64,000 nucleotides of DNA. Source: Fimbriosthenelais zetlandica (taxonomy: Eukaryota). Where the stretch lies: NCBI GenBank assembly GCA_977030845.1, contig OZ365113.1, forward strand, positions 33,666,001-33,730,000, written 5' to 3'. A program made the position numbers and the translations under genes. The notes under the pieces were generated by a model, which saw nothing but the letters and a program-made list of their open reading frames with translations, searched no databases and had not been told where the DNA came from. Positions 50,982 through 64,000 of the stretch are shown in pieces; positions within the stretch are counted from its first letter, which is position 1; every line of letters starts with the position of its first letter.

Positions 50982-53732
50982 AACTGTGTGATTATAAATG
51001 CCATACATTTCTACTGCACTGCTATAGCTCCATAGAAAAAATATTCATATAATTATTTTTTAACTTATAAAGAAGGCAGGGACTTTAACCTCAGTAAATA
51101 TACATATCAGGTATTATACATTCTATTAAATATGATTAAATCACAATTTAAACATTATTTCTATAGAAAAAATCAAGGGAATTGTCCATTGTGCCTTCAT
51201 CTCTCCTGTGTGTATAAGAAAATAAAGTGGCGTAGGTCCAAGGAATGGCGATAATAGGGGAGTGAATGAATGATGTGGAGCACTCATAGCCTTTTCATTG
51301 TGAATGATGGCTAAATGATGAAATACAGTCCGTGACTATATAGGTGGGAGGGAGAGGGGAGTACTCTAAACCTCAACTTTATGAAGCATGGCATTCCTAA
51401 CACCTGTGATCCCTGTCCTACAGCTGAGGTGTGAACAAGGAGGCAGGCTCAAAGGCCATCTCTCACCTCCTCCATATTACCCCACACCAACATGGCGGGC
51501 TGAGAAAGGGAGAGCTGGTCCTCAATTCTTCAAAACTCTGGTAGAAAATTGCCTTCTAAGTTGTTTCCAGTACAAAATCCAACAATAAGTACAATACCAA
51601 ATCCCCGAAGGTGCGTTAGAGTATAAGCTTGTGCACCTCAAAATCAATAGAATATTTCTCATCCCAAACCAATAACATAATTTCGGCTGAGCTCTTTTCA
51701 TCAACTCGCACAAATGCCACTGTAGGATACCAATTATATGTCGTAAATTGCATTGATCTCTACCATGTTTACAAGTACTGTCATGTCCCCATCAAGTCTC
51801 CTATGTATTAAACCAAACAGTGTGCTTAGAGAACATAGCTTAAAGGTTCCCTATGGCAGTATATGAGGGAGTTCTCATGGTTGTGTAAGGGCTATAGACA
51901 GAGCTGGTACAGGGTTAGAGGCTTTTAGCTGAGAGACATGTTGATACATGTAACACCCATCCAACATGTGGCTCATGTTATCTGTGGGTCTGTTAGTGTG
52001 AGCAAGACAAAGTTAGAGGCTAGAAGCTGTACAGAATACTCTCAATAACATCACTAAGAGCTACTCATTAAAATAAGGAGTTGTACATCTAACACTGGGA
52101 AATTCATAACATAAATCATTGACTTGATTTATGAATTTATTGTACTGAAATATTATATTGGCAAAATCCAATATGTCGAGATGAAATTTTCAATTAAATT
52201 TGTCTGTTTTGAAGCCAAGATTTTCAATTGAATATTCAAAATTAAGTTTGTAATATTGGCTATTACCGAGGTATGAATGTTTGTACATACATAGTTCTAG
52301 GTGATGGTAACCGTTGATAGTTTGGCGTGGAGAGGAAGTTGTTGGCACATGTTGGCATCATCATGATCTGACAATCTGACAAACAACTTTCTCAAAACGC
52401 TCTTTTGAGGCTTGGGTTACACTATAACAAACATGACCCACCATAAATCTAGCCCATAGGTCCACGGGGCAAAACGAAATCTGCGCCAGTCACAGATAAA
52501 GCTGAGCATCTTCATCCCCTTAAAATAAAATATAATGTGGCACAAATGAGACATATGTCCACAGACATTGTGAGAGGGTTTTGCAAATTTGGGGTGATAT
52601 CTTTTAGCAAGAAGGCATCACGTTCTACAAGTTTTACAGATTTTCTCATTTCATTGACGGCACCTTGGTCATCTACTTTGATGCACCGCCCCTATGTGTG
52701 GAGTTTGTCAATGTAAATCTACAGACAATTTGAAAGGAGGTAAGTCATGAACCTTCATGAAAAGTCTCAGTGACTTACTTTAATTCTGCGATGTGGGACC
52801 ACTATGACTCTATACATCTATTCTGACATTCCATACTAGGTTAAAATGTCTGACCCTTTCTCTATATTCCCTCACATATGGGAACAGGAGTCCCGTCTCA
52901 TTTGATGAAAAGTGTTGTACTAAAATTGTGTGAAGGGCCCAATAATGAATGGATAAAAACACACTATTTAATACAAGTTTAAGCCTATATGTCGAACATA
53001 AACTAAATATCTATTAAGGATATTTTCTGTCATGAATTTGTATGGTTTTAGGCCATAATATCAAGTTGATAATGTGCGTGAATAGTATTCATAACGTGTT
53101 CGTAGTATTATTATACTTTTTCACGTAAAAGATGCGTTCATTTCATGTTCAGTTCGATAACAGGGCCAGTTACTGAACCATCTGCCTGTGTACCAGATCC
53201 CAAGCCCATCAAGGCAGGCCCAAAAAGCATGCCAACCCTTTCAACCCCATACCAACCCGGCTTATGATATGCCCCAATCGATCTGCAAAAGGTCTCCCAT
53301 GCACTCCCCCTCCCCACCCCACTCCAATCCCCCAGCCCCTTTGACCACCCCAATCCAGAACCAGTAATGGCAGCGCCCAGCATGAGCGATAATATGAGGG
53401 CATCATGCCTGTCTCCAAGGATACCGGTGTGGCATTTGTCACCATGGCGATCAAGCATTTTGTCACAGCCTCACTGATAAACCAGGCGTGGAAATAACAT
53501 ATGGGTGAGGTGGGGAGGTGGATGGACGGGCGGGAGAGGAAGCAAACTGTTGCCAGGCAGGGTTATCATTGGACTATTGATCCGGGTGTTTGTATTGGTG
53601 TCCAAGCAAGGCCATAGTGAAGGCCTATACTTGGACTGGGTGGATCATAGTCCTGGATAGATGGTATTGATGGGGGATTAGCTGAGAGAGGAAGCCTGGC
53701 TGATCAGACCCTTACCATTATAGCCATCCGTA

Positions 53733-53975
53733 CACTGATAGACTCCAACTGGTGGCAGACAAGAATTGGTCACAAGCTAAGTTACATTTCCAAGGTTATT
53801 TCCTGCCAAACAAATTGTCAATTTTATATTTACTTCAGAGGAAAGAAAGAGAACGAGGGGCATTCCACACCGATACACTCCAACTGGTGTCAGACAAAAA
53901 TTCAAGGTTATATCCTGTCAAAAACTTTGTTAATTTACTTTAGAGGCAGAAAGAGAACCGAGGGCATTCCAGACT
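53733..53975. repeat. Tandem duplication, period 135 bp; second copy internally deleted
   Basis: CTCCAACTGGTG.CAGACAA at 53743 and 53878; both units end AGAAAGAGAAC.GAGGG.CATTCCA.AC. Confidence 0.9.
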
Positions 53976-56900
53976 GAGTCAGCAGGCACCCACACTGCAT
54001 ACTTGAACTGTTATTTCATCACTTACAAGCAGCAAAACAGCAAAAAGCAGCGTATTTCACTATTCCCAGTCACACTTACCACTGATTACACCAATTCCAT
54101 TCAATGCCATTAATCTTCTTGGGATTCATTACCTGGCTCTATCGCCTATAGTGGCGGGCTGAATAATTCACAACCCGCTCCCCCAGCTTTCAAACTCTAT
54201 TTGCTGTGAAATACAAAGTGTTGTCTAACGAACAAAGATAGGCAACTATGGCTTTATTGCTTGTGGAATTGTCGTACAGTTCCACTGTCATTAAATTTTT
54301 GTCGGGGAATTAAATTTTAACGATGAGAGCTCATCACTTTCATCAGCATTTCAGTCTGATCTTTACTCAGAAATTCATTGGTACTGGTTTGTCTGTGTTT
54401 TGGTCTCAAGGACTTAAGAGTTCGGCTGCTGTCGTTTCTATCTTGGCAGCTCTAGCTTTATGGATTATGTAGGAGCACACTTAATCTAACATGACGCCTA
54501 TTTCATTGATTGCCACTAGCTTCTGGTCTACATGATGGTTATATGGGGCATTTTATCACAAAGGCAGACATGAAAATCCCGATAAAACGCTACTGCCTTC
54601 AATGACCATTGTCTCGCAGTTGGGGCTTTTACGACAATGAGAATTGACATGACCTTTCACGGAGTCTCGTCTGAAATCTCACGAGAAGCGCCCCCTACAC
54701 TCAGGTACACGGCACTGAGTCATGTGACCTTGCACCTGCCAGTTTCCATGGCGACCAGTGGATAGCCTCCATCCCTGGTCTCTAACGTTAGAACCAGATG
54801 GTTGCTTGGTAAACTCTTAAAATCTCAAGCCTCGATTGTAGCATATGTTTTACACAGAAAAGGTCCACATGTTTAGCTTTGAAAACTGTCTTGTATTCGG
54901 ATAATGTTAAAAACATCCCAACAAGTTTACCTCCAGAACCAACAGCATATCACTGCAGATCCCAGACTCATTTGACCTTTGACAGCCGTACTTGTAAATC
55001 GTCCTTGAACCCTTGACCTCACCAATGGCTTCCGCCTCTTTGCCAGCTGGGATCGAAGGAAAGGTGTCTGGTTTTGTTGGCATAAGCTCGACAAGGGCCA
55101 GGTCGGGTTTCCCAGCCAAAGCAGGTGATCTAGATGCTTCTATTCTAACACCTGGTTCTCTGTCTCCCATCAGGCAATGTGAAGACCAATACCACATACC
55201 CTAATAGTCCGGTCAATATTGAAGATAAAAGCCACCGGGGAAGAGGGCTAACTGGTACATGTTTGCTGTTCTTAGTCAAGGCGTTTGACTTTCAATTTGG
55301 AAAGCAAACCGCACTAAGAGCTCATCACATTTACTAATCAGCCGAGATGGAAGACTTAACTGTAGACATACACAACATGAGTGGTTCTGTCATCAGTCCC
55401 GCACCTGTGATATAGCTGCTAGCTCCTGGTGCATATACATACTACCAGTCACCAACACCCCCTCCCTTCACTCTCCAGATACCAATGGCGAGCTCTATTA
55501 TTAGTGGTATAATAGCTACCAGGAACAGGGGTCAGTTACCAGCCAAACCCTGGAGGTGATGGGAAAATATGTCCAGCATTCCGAGAAGCGAGCTCCTTTA
55601 TAACTGAAGCCATGGGAAGCCACTTTGGGAAGCCACTGGTTATGGGACCTATAGCCACAGGGAGAAGGTCAGATTTAAATGTTTGGCTGCTTCCAGACTA
55701 CATGTTTTCATATAACCTGGAGTAACAACAGAAATATACGGCTGACCCCGACATGAAATTGTCAGCGGTTGGAATAAATTTCGAAATTTTAAATTAAATC
55801 AATTTTGGAGTTTTCATCTGGGCTGGGAGGTGTTGGATGGGAGAGAGGGTGTAAGAGTGGGTCAGAATGAGTCAGAGATGCTCCTCATATGGCACGTTCA
55901 CATGGATCCATCAAGGCCCATTAAGACATGAAGCAAATCCCTCTCAGCCTTATAGCCTCAACAAATGGCGATCACCATTCATGCCAGTACTCCAGCACGT
56001 GGAGATGGAGTGGAGGCCATTCCCCCAGACAGGCCAGCATTCCACCACATCCCATCAACCACAAAACAATCCCTAATCCACCAAACACTCAACTTTTTCT
56101 CCATTTTTTCTGCCATCTTTTCACCAAAAACCATTGAAAATTGGCCACATGTTAGAGATTATCATGCTATCAAAACGGATCTCGATTTTATTTTGGATCT
56201 GGTTTGGTTTACAAACCCACGGGATAATTTTAAACTAAGGTCATGGCCCCTGGGGCATAACTTTCCGTGATTAATGGATCCCAATGTCACGATTGGAAGA
56301 TTAATATATAGGAATATATCTGATAAATGTACATACAGAAATTCCAATTTGCTGGGTATTGAAGACCACCTACCCACCGGCTCGGTGCCACCCAGGGAAT
56401 ATATACATCATATACAATCATGGATGAGGCATGTATTCTAAGTATATTCATATGTCCTTTACAAACAAAAGGTGAGAAAAAATTGTTTCAGACTCATGAT
56501 ACTTTCCTCCCAATCACTCCCTCGAGCTCCTGATAATCAGAAAATGTGTTACCATAACTACCTCCAATCAGGAACATATAAACAACAAAGCTTTCCTGAT
56601 CGGCTTCCAATCTACCACCAATCTCACTCAAAGCCAGTCAAAACAGAACAGGTACCAGTCTCTCCATCTGGGCTAAACTATACCTGATTCACAGTGAATG
56701 AGGATCGCCAATTACGTGGGTTTGCATCGGGTTACGTACATAACCTCAAGGGGAAATCTTCCACTTTGACTCAGAGTGGCTATATGGTCTAGCCTAGGGG
56801 GTGGATCACAGGTTCTTCAGGGTTGGGGATTATCGGATAATATGGTGGATTAGGTGTGAGACCATAGCAAGCTTGGGTTCTATTACTTAGGGAATCATAT

Positions 56901-57849
56901 CTTAGCTAAGCAGAGGGCAGGAGGCTCGTAATAGGGATGTATTGTGTAAGCTTATATGGGTTCTAAGTTCAGCGTTTGATTCCATCACATAATGCACCCA
57001 GTGAATTAACGGGTCTAGGAGGTGCAGTACTGGGAAAATTATGAATATCCAATGTATCGGTATCCAATATCGGTACGTATGAGACCTGATAGTTAATAGA
57101 AATAGTTGAAGGCCAAGCAGAAGCCATGGAGTGCACCATGCAGAAGTAATTGAGCTATAGGAATAGATATGTACATGTAATGGCTTTCTGTATCTAAGCT
57201 TTCCCTGTCTGGAATCATTAAAAATTCAGTGTGGATTGATATCAGAAAGATTGGCTACACACCGACTGAAAAGCCCTCCAATGCATCTGAAGGCTAACAT
57301 TTAGAGAGTCTGGGCACCAGACCGAGTATAGTGTGGAGACTGGGCAGCCTATATGATCATCTTATTATAGCTGCCACGCCCAGCTAAACACCTTTCTGAT
57401 GCCATGAAGCCAAAGTGATTTTTCGTGTCAACAGTGAAGGGTCAGAGTTAACATGTTGGTTAAACAGGATCACTTGACCCCTGGCCTGGAGGAGGCAGAG
57501 AGGGTATGAATGATGGTGTCTGGAGGAACCCATCCTCCTCCTCCTGTGGTTGCCATGGAGAAAGGAGGAGGATGAGGGAGCATGGGCTGTAGACATGGGA
57601 TCTGGTTGGGTGGTCATGTAGATGAGCCCTGGTCCCCACATGCAAAGAAGACATCATTTATTTTTGATGTGACTTCCGTACAAGGGTCCAATTAAGCTAA
57701 GGTCATGTCGCTTCCTGCTTCCCTAAGTTCCATTATTCTTTCAAAACTTCCGGGGCTCAGTTCCAATATTTCTACTTACATAATCTGATGCAATGTTTGT
57801 CAGGTTTATGTAACACAATTTCTTATATAAATGTCCCTCAGCAAAAGAA

Positions 57850-58130
57850 GTGTAGTATTAGCTGACGATCTCACAGCAGCCTTCAGAAAGAGGTCATCCA
57901 AAGCTTCTCCTGATAAAAGAGAAGCATATTTCTGAACAAAATCTGACTGTAATATGATTGCAGCACGTTTGCCGAGATTATGGGTCAAGAATTTATTCCA
58001 ATATACATAGAAATGAACCATTTTCAGTGTAAAAATAGCTGTGTATTTATTTATTGATCTCAGCAAGTCTAAAGAAGATGGGCTGTCTGATAAAGGTGCC
58101 ATATGAATGATAGTCAGGAAGCTTTGCTGC
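57850..58130 (+). mobile_element. Possible decayed LINE RT fragment
   Basis: AVYLFIDLSKS...IVRKL resembles AVFIDLSKAFD...LLxKL. Confidence 0.25.
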
Positions 58131-61100
58131 TCATGACTCATGCTTCATTACGCCAGGCTCCACTGACCACTGCAGTGGACACTGGAGGAAGGGAGGCACT
58201 GTCCATCTCCCATATCCACCCAGACCCATTCTCCCTATACCTTCACATATCTCCTGCTTTTATTGGCATGCTTCTATACCCCTACATTCCATCAGGCCAA
58301 AGAGAACTGTGGAACCATCAGGCCAATTCTTGGTGGTTTCAGCAGGGCAGAATTCCTCCTTAAAAGAGGGTACAGTGCCATAGAGATTGAACAATGGGGT
58401 TAGGTTTAATCAAGCAGGAATGGAGGTGAACCTGGAGATATCAGGCTTAACACTTAGATTTTATTTGATATATTATCAACTCGAGTATAACTTCAAATTG
58501 GTTGACATATATATGCTATGCTATGCTATCTTCTTGCAATTTGAGATTAACTTATGCCATTGCAATTTTATGCCATGCTATTTGAAACATAGGATCATTT
58601 AAGAAAACCATTTTTGAATGGGCCTAGCATATATTGAGGCATTATTGGAAAATGGCCTGTCAAATACAGAAAATTGGTAGATGGATATAACATGCATGCC
58701 AATGGTGAACCTTGATTTTCTAGTGCCATGACCCCAGTACAGCCTGTACATCAAGTTGAATCGGTTACAAATAAGACATACTGGACTGATATGACAAATG
58801 ATCCACAGGTCCAGCTTTATCAGCAGGGCCGGGCGGTCAGCAGCACCATTTCTTCTGGTCAGTAGCTATCATTCCCAGCCCCCCTGATGGTCAGTCACGT
58901 CAGTACTTATCATAAGTCATATGGATCAGGAGCTAGAGTGACCAACCGACCCACAGCTGGTCAGTCAGGCAAGCTTTATCAACAGCCTTGGAGACTTGGA
59001 GATATTGGCGGAGAGAGAGAGGGCTTAGGGGTGGACAGAAATATTCAGAAATATAGCATCATGGCTGGTATTTCTGTCAGGTAGTTTGAACAGAGCATGT
59101 GGTCAATATATATTGTGGATTTGGTCTTTGAATGTAGGCCTACTGGGAAATCACATATGGTGGACTGCAATGATATAGCAATAAAGGTGCAGTGTTATAA
59201 CACAGGGAATGTGATAAAGAGAGCTGCATGTGATTCAGGCACAACACGGGGTTCTAAACGATACTCCCGCGAGAATTCATTAGCAATTCTAGAGCTCATT
59301 GTCATGTAAATTTAACTTCATTTTGTCGAGGAATTGCCGTGTTTGTTTGCTGATGTTTGAATATGCACACAAAGTGCTATTGTTTCCAGTGAAGAAACCC
59401 ACACATAAACCTATAAGGAAATATTTTTAATATGAAAAATTATACTCTAAAAGGTCACTCTTCCTGTCCAAAAACACAATGTCATTCCCATTGTCTGATT
59501 CTTGTCTTACTTTGAATTTGTGATCAATTTGCTTCAGATCAAATTGCTTCAAAAGGTCATATTACATGTACAAGAGTACAGGGAAATCATATTTGTCAAT
59601 ATTGTAGCGTAAATGTTCTCATCAATACAGGAACTCTAATACTCCATCCATAGGACCACTTCCCACTTAATTCAGAATCCCATTCAGATTAATAAATTCC
59701 GACTCACTCTCTTCATATTTGATTTCTAAAAACGCATTTCAATCACAATATTACGCCTGGGAGCTTTTTTCATTTCGCTTCTATTGGATTCCGCCCCAGT
59801 ATAAATACGTATCTTTGTCTCTCTATTTATGTGATGAAAATCAATTGTGAAAGGACACCATAATTTTCATCCATGTATTGTAACTTTGGTAGTTATAAGA
59901 AAAGGACAGACGTTTTTCTAGTCCATATTCAATTTAAACTTATTTCTCCTTTTGCCTTCAGCGTCAGAGGAGGACTGAAACAATTGAGGGCAGTTGGAGC
60001 ACCAATATTGAAACTGCCTTCCCACCAAAATCATCCCACGTCCTTCCCACTTGAATACAGCTTAAAACAAAGGGAAAAAACATGTAGAGCCAAGTGTTTA
60101 GGACACCCAGATATGACAGTCACCTGGTCTTACTTAGTGAAAAGTTTTTCTTATTCTGTACAAGACTTCCTAAAAACTTATTTTGATAAGTGAATTGGTG
60201 AGGGAAAGTCAGGATGGGAACAAGTGACGCTGTGACCACACAACCAGACATTCTGAATTAATTTTCAACCATGTCATTCCAGAGCATCCAATAATTTTCT
60301 CTGTTTTAATATGGTATTCTGCATAGACTTGGGTACAAAAATATCAATTTTGGGTCTGGCCCATGGACTTTATATAGGGCGTAGACATGGCAACATTAAA
60401 TTTCAATTCAGTGTGAGGAATAGGTCTAATAGACCAATATAAGCAATGTAAAACCATGTCCCTCATTATAGAGTATTCTTCCTGTTGTCTTGACCTTTTT
60501 TTATGTTTCTGTTTTTGTCAAGGTGCTGTGGCAGTTACCCTGCTCCACCAAACATTGATGGTAGCATGTGAGGGCCATCAGAGTGTTAATTCAGCTTGTT
60601 TGCAGGCCGAGCATGGCCCGCTCTAGATTAACCCCCAGGGCTGGTCTGTATTTAGTATGATATTCCTCCAGTAGGGGGATCATCTGTTAATCACCCCCAG
60701 GGCGAGCCTCCAGACCACCCTGGAGGAGGTGGGAGAGAGTATAGAGAGAGTATAGAGGGAGGAGGGAGGGTACGCTCCCTGGTAGACACCCACCAATAGA
60801 TGGCCTACCATGTCATGGGAAACTCAGTGGTCTATCAAAGCAACCCCCTGCCTCATTGATAATATATTTTAAATTAAAAATTCCTGGTCAGGGTGCATCT
60901 GACCTGGCTTAAATGCATGCATCAAATCTTTCTTCCAAGAATTCGTCAACTGTGAAAATTCCATGAGGAATTTCTGACTTGATAACCAAAGCAAAAGGTA
61001 GCCACAATACTAGGCCAAGTATACCAGTTGATGTTGGAGTCAGGAATATGGAATGAATAAATGCTGCCAGTCATGATAACTACCACCATGGAACCCCCAG

Positions 61101-64000
61101 TGTTCACCTTGTCTCAAATAATCATTTTACCAATGTGTTCCAATCTCACGGATATGGAACCAGTAAGGTAGCTATTTTCACGCGTTAGATCATCAAAATC
61201 AGATTTAAGTACGTGTGTGAACTGAAACCACACCCAATGTGTACCTCCAGATCTCAGTGTATTACACACCACCTTGATTTGTATCAAATCTAAAACACAG
61301 GTGCATCACCCAATATACTCTGATGCTTTAAAAGTATTGCACTTAAAACTTCAGAAGCAATGCATGTTTATAAGCATGTTTTTATGGGCTATTGATCCAT
61401 AATTGAGGGGAAATTTCTCCCATTTTAACTGGAGGGGAAATATAGCATATCATGCATCCAATAATGCAGAAGCAGCAGAAAATGAATTCAGCTCTAGGCA
61501 TTATATTTTAGTACTTAAATTTGGATTAATTTATCCAAAAAGTACCTTCAAGTCTCTGAGGTTTATAGCATGAAATACCAGCTGAAATAGTCTTATTCTG
61601 TGATAGATCTATTACAGGTACACACTGATTAATACTTGATGTTTATAGCAGTAATAATGTGATGAATCCCTGCTAGCAGACACCAGACATTTATCATTGT
61701 CTGCCCCTGAATGTTAAACACTAAATTAGCCTTGGTACTCCCACCTTTTTCCAGTATACAGGAGCAAATAAACCAAGCTAATGCCCCATTATATACCTTT
61801 TGGCATCCCACAACCAAGACAATTTAGGCACCTCACCAAAGTGGACCATGCCAATCATAACATTTCAAGACCGACCTGGCTCCACGGGCAATGCCATGGC
61901 TCCCGGCTAAGTAAATGGCTCAAGAAAAATTGCACCAAATTGCCCAGTGGCATGATGAAAAAAGATGATATAGTCGTTTACTTAACTCCCAGCCCACGCA
62001 GGGCTTGTTACCTATTGTGACTTATGGACTCGTGTAAAAGATGCAGAGTGAAGTATCCAGGAAGATTTGAGGTGATGTTCAGACTCTACCGCTGGGTGGA
62101 TGGTAGGATTTATTTTATGCCGGTACGGTATTAAGTCCATCATGCTATATTATTTTGCCCTTCCTCTAACTATATATTAAAGCAATATCTCTTGTAGCTG
62201 ATGGCGCCCGGGGCATCAAGCCGGCCAGTCAACCTGAAGCCATCCGCCTTAACAACTTCCTGGATTGGATTCTAGGAAGAGATAAAATATTGAAATGGCA
62301 GCTAGACACACTATCCCTGCCACAGATATATCTTTCTGACAGAGTAAACGTCCCCTGAGACACTGGTCCCATCCCAAGTGAAAATATTGAGTGATTAACT
62401 TACATAGACAAAATCATTACTTTCAGAAAATCTAGAAAAAGATCAAATACTTTTCCTGGATGGCTATAGGCAATTCTGCTGAGCAACCATTTTGTGAAAG
62501 TCTGACATCAAAAAACTAGTTCATTTTACAAGTCTTTTCTTATTAGCTAACAGAAAAAGGTGGATATTAGAACAAATGGCAGAAGAAACATCATCAGGCG
62601 AAGAATTATGGAGGCCCACACTCTCTTATCTCTGAGCCATGGGTTCAGTTACAGAACAGCTGGATAAATATCTCAAATATAAAAAACCCCAGCAGCAGTT
62701 GAAGACCTGGGTCTAAGAGAAGAGGTATTAGGAAATAGCTAAGTGAAATGTTCATTAACCTACCTGAAGTATATGGTGATGAAGGGACCACTCGAGTAAA
62801 TGACAGGCGGTAATTTGTTACCACATAAGCCTCCATTGCCACCCGCCTCTTTCTGTTAGAGAGATGAAGAGAAATGTTTTCAATGATTTGAAGTGGAATT
62901 ACAGGCATATTTTACACATACCTTCGTATACTGTTTCAGAGACCTGGGAAACTGTGGACATGACTAACTTGAATTTTTAAGATGAAAAATAAATTAACCT
63001 TAAAATATAATTATGGTCTCTGATATAACTGAGTATAGAAATGTTACTCAGCGAAAGATACCACAGGGAAACTCTCGCATTTCTGGACATAATATTTAAG
63101 GAATGAATTGGTGATTAGAATCAAAGGAATTTCATTGAGTTAAACCATCGATTACAAGGTAGGGAAGTTGGGTCCCCAAATAGGCCTAACTACCCCATCC
63201 ACCTCCACCCACTCCCAAGTGAAGAAAAAAATTCACAGAACATTCAGATCTACATAGCCAATAGTAGGACGTATTATAAACATAAAGCCTATCACCCACA
63301 CTGTCTGTATTTCCCTCAAGGCGTCCCCCCACCTGACACAGTAAGCAATCTCTGTCTAATTGGATCATCATGATCTAGGAGTGTGATAATGAATGAAGGA
63401 CTGACACTGTGTATTAACGGTATGGGTGTACCAGTGTCACCCTCCTCTAGTCTTTATCAATCTTACTTTGGTCTTGTCATGACAGTGAAGAAACTCCCCA
63501 CTGACCACTATTGGACCGACAGATTCTGCTGATACCCTCTGCAGCAATACATGGCACGTAAGCTCAATGTGCATCAATCCGTTCTCTCCTTCTCAAGGAA
63601 GTTTCATCTAAATTCCGCATGATAAGAAGGGGTCATTTCTTTTGACAAATGATCACAAAACTTTTGGTATTTTAGGGATGGAATCTGTGATCTGCACAGC
63701 ATTTAAACTAAATTTAGTTGAGAAAGAAATCTAGAAAGGCTGCAGTCAAATATCACTGCAGCGAGTACATAGAGAGATTTGTACCCCACCTATAGAAAGC
63801 AATGCATGTAATCTTTCCCCCGGGGCACAATGCAAACAATAAGTGACTTCCACACATAGCGAGGTCCAAGCCACATCTTCACATCGATTATCATAATATT
63901 TTCTCCCATGTTCTTCACGGCTGAGGGTTTACATCGGAGTAGCTACATTGCTTCTTACAACAACAGGCGAGAACCGGGTGCCAGGACAACAAAGTGTCGG

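Noticed and set aside
62860-62920. NDLKWNYRHI resembling the CR1 LxWxxHI motif
   Set aside because: A single short motif without correctly spaced neighbours; too weak to list as a feature.
524-63371. The remaining 60-130 aa ORFs in the track
   Set aside because: No recognisable domains, many use non-ATG starts, and lengths fit random expectation or overlap repeats.
63467-63538. 72-nt minus-strand exon candidate with gtaaga donor
   Set aside because: Weak pyrimidine tract; the frame with a sushi-like CRSNSGQW motif contains a stop.

Overview
This window is metazoan (probably bilaterian invertebrate) genomic DNA, roughly 40% GC by eye, almost entirely non-coding, with one 269-bp assembly gap (17905-18173). 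The only securely supported coding sequence is a 150-bp, phase 1-1, minus-strand exon (6948-7097) encoding a complete LDL-receptor class A module. The host gene (possibly a CUB/LDLa-type membrane or secreted protein) cannot be named, and its other exons are not securely visible; a 24-nt in-frame microexon candidate lies downstream at 328-351. The rest consists of: two to three families of about 200-bp terminal-inverted-repeat elements (MITEs) present in several copies; highly decayed non-LTR retrotransposon fragments (CR1/L2-like and L1/Tx1-like); a tRNA-derived SINE-like head; several tandem arrays; and CpG-rich islands carrying dense transcription-factor motifs (nuclear-receptor half-sites, CCAAT, YY1, ETS, CRE, RFX X-box, CTCF, Sox and homeodomain). 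There are no long ORFs, rRNA genes, CRISPR arrays or prokaryotic features. I found no clear novel multi-gene system. The best leads are splicing and cis-regulatory features and possibly unannotated MITE families. All motif and family calls are by eye, without database searches.
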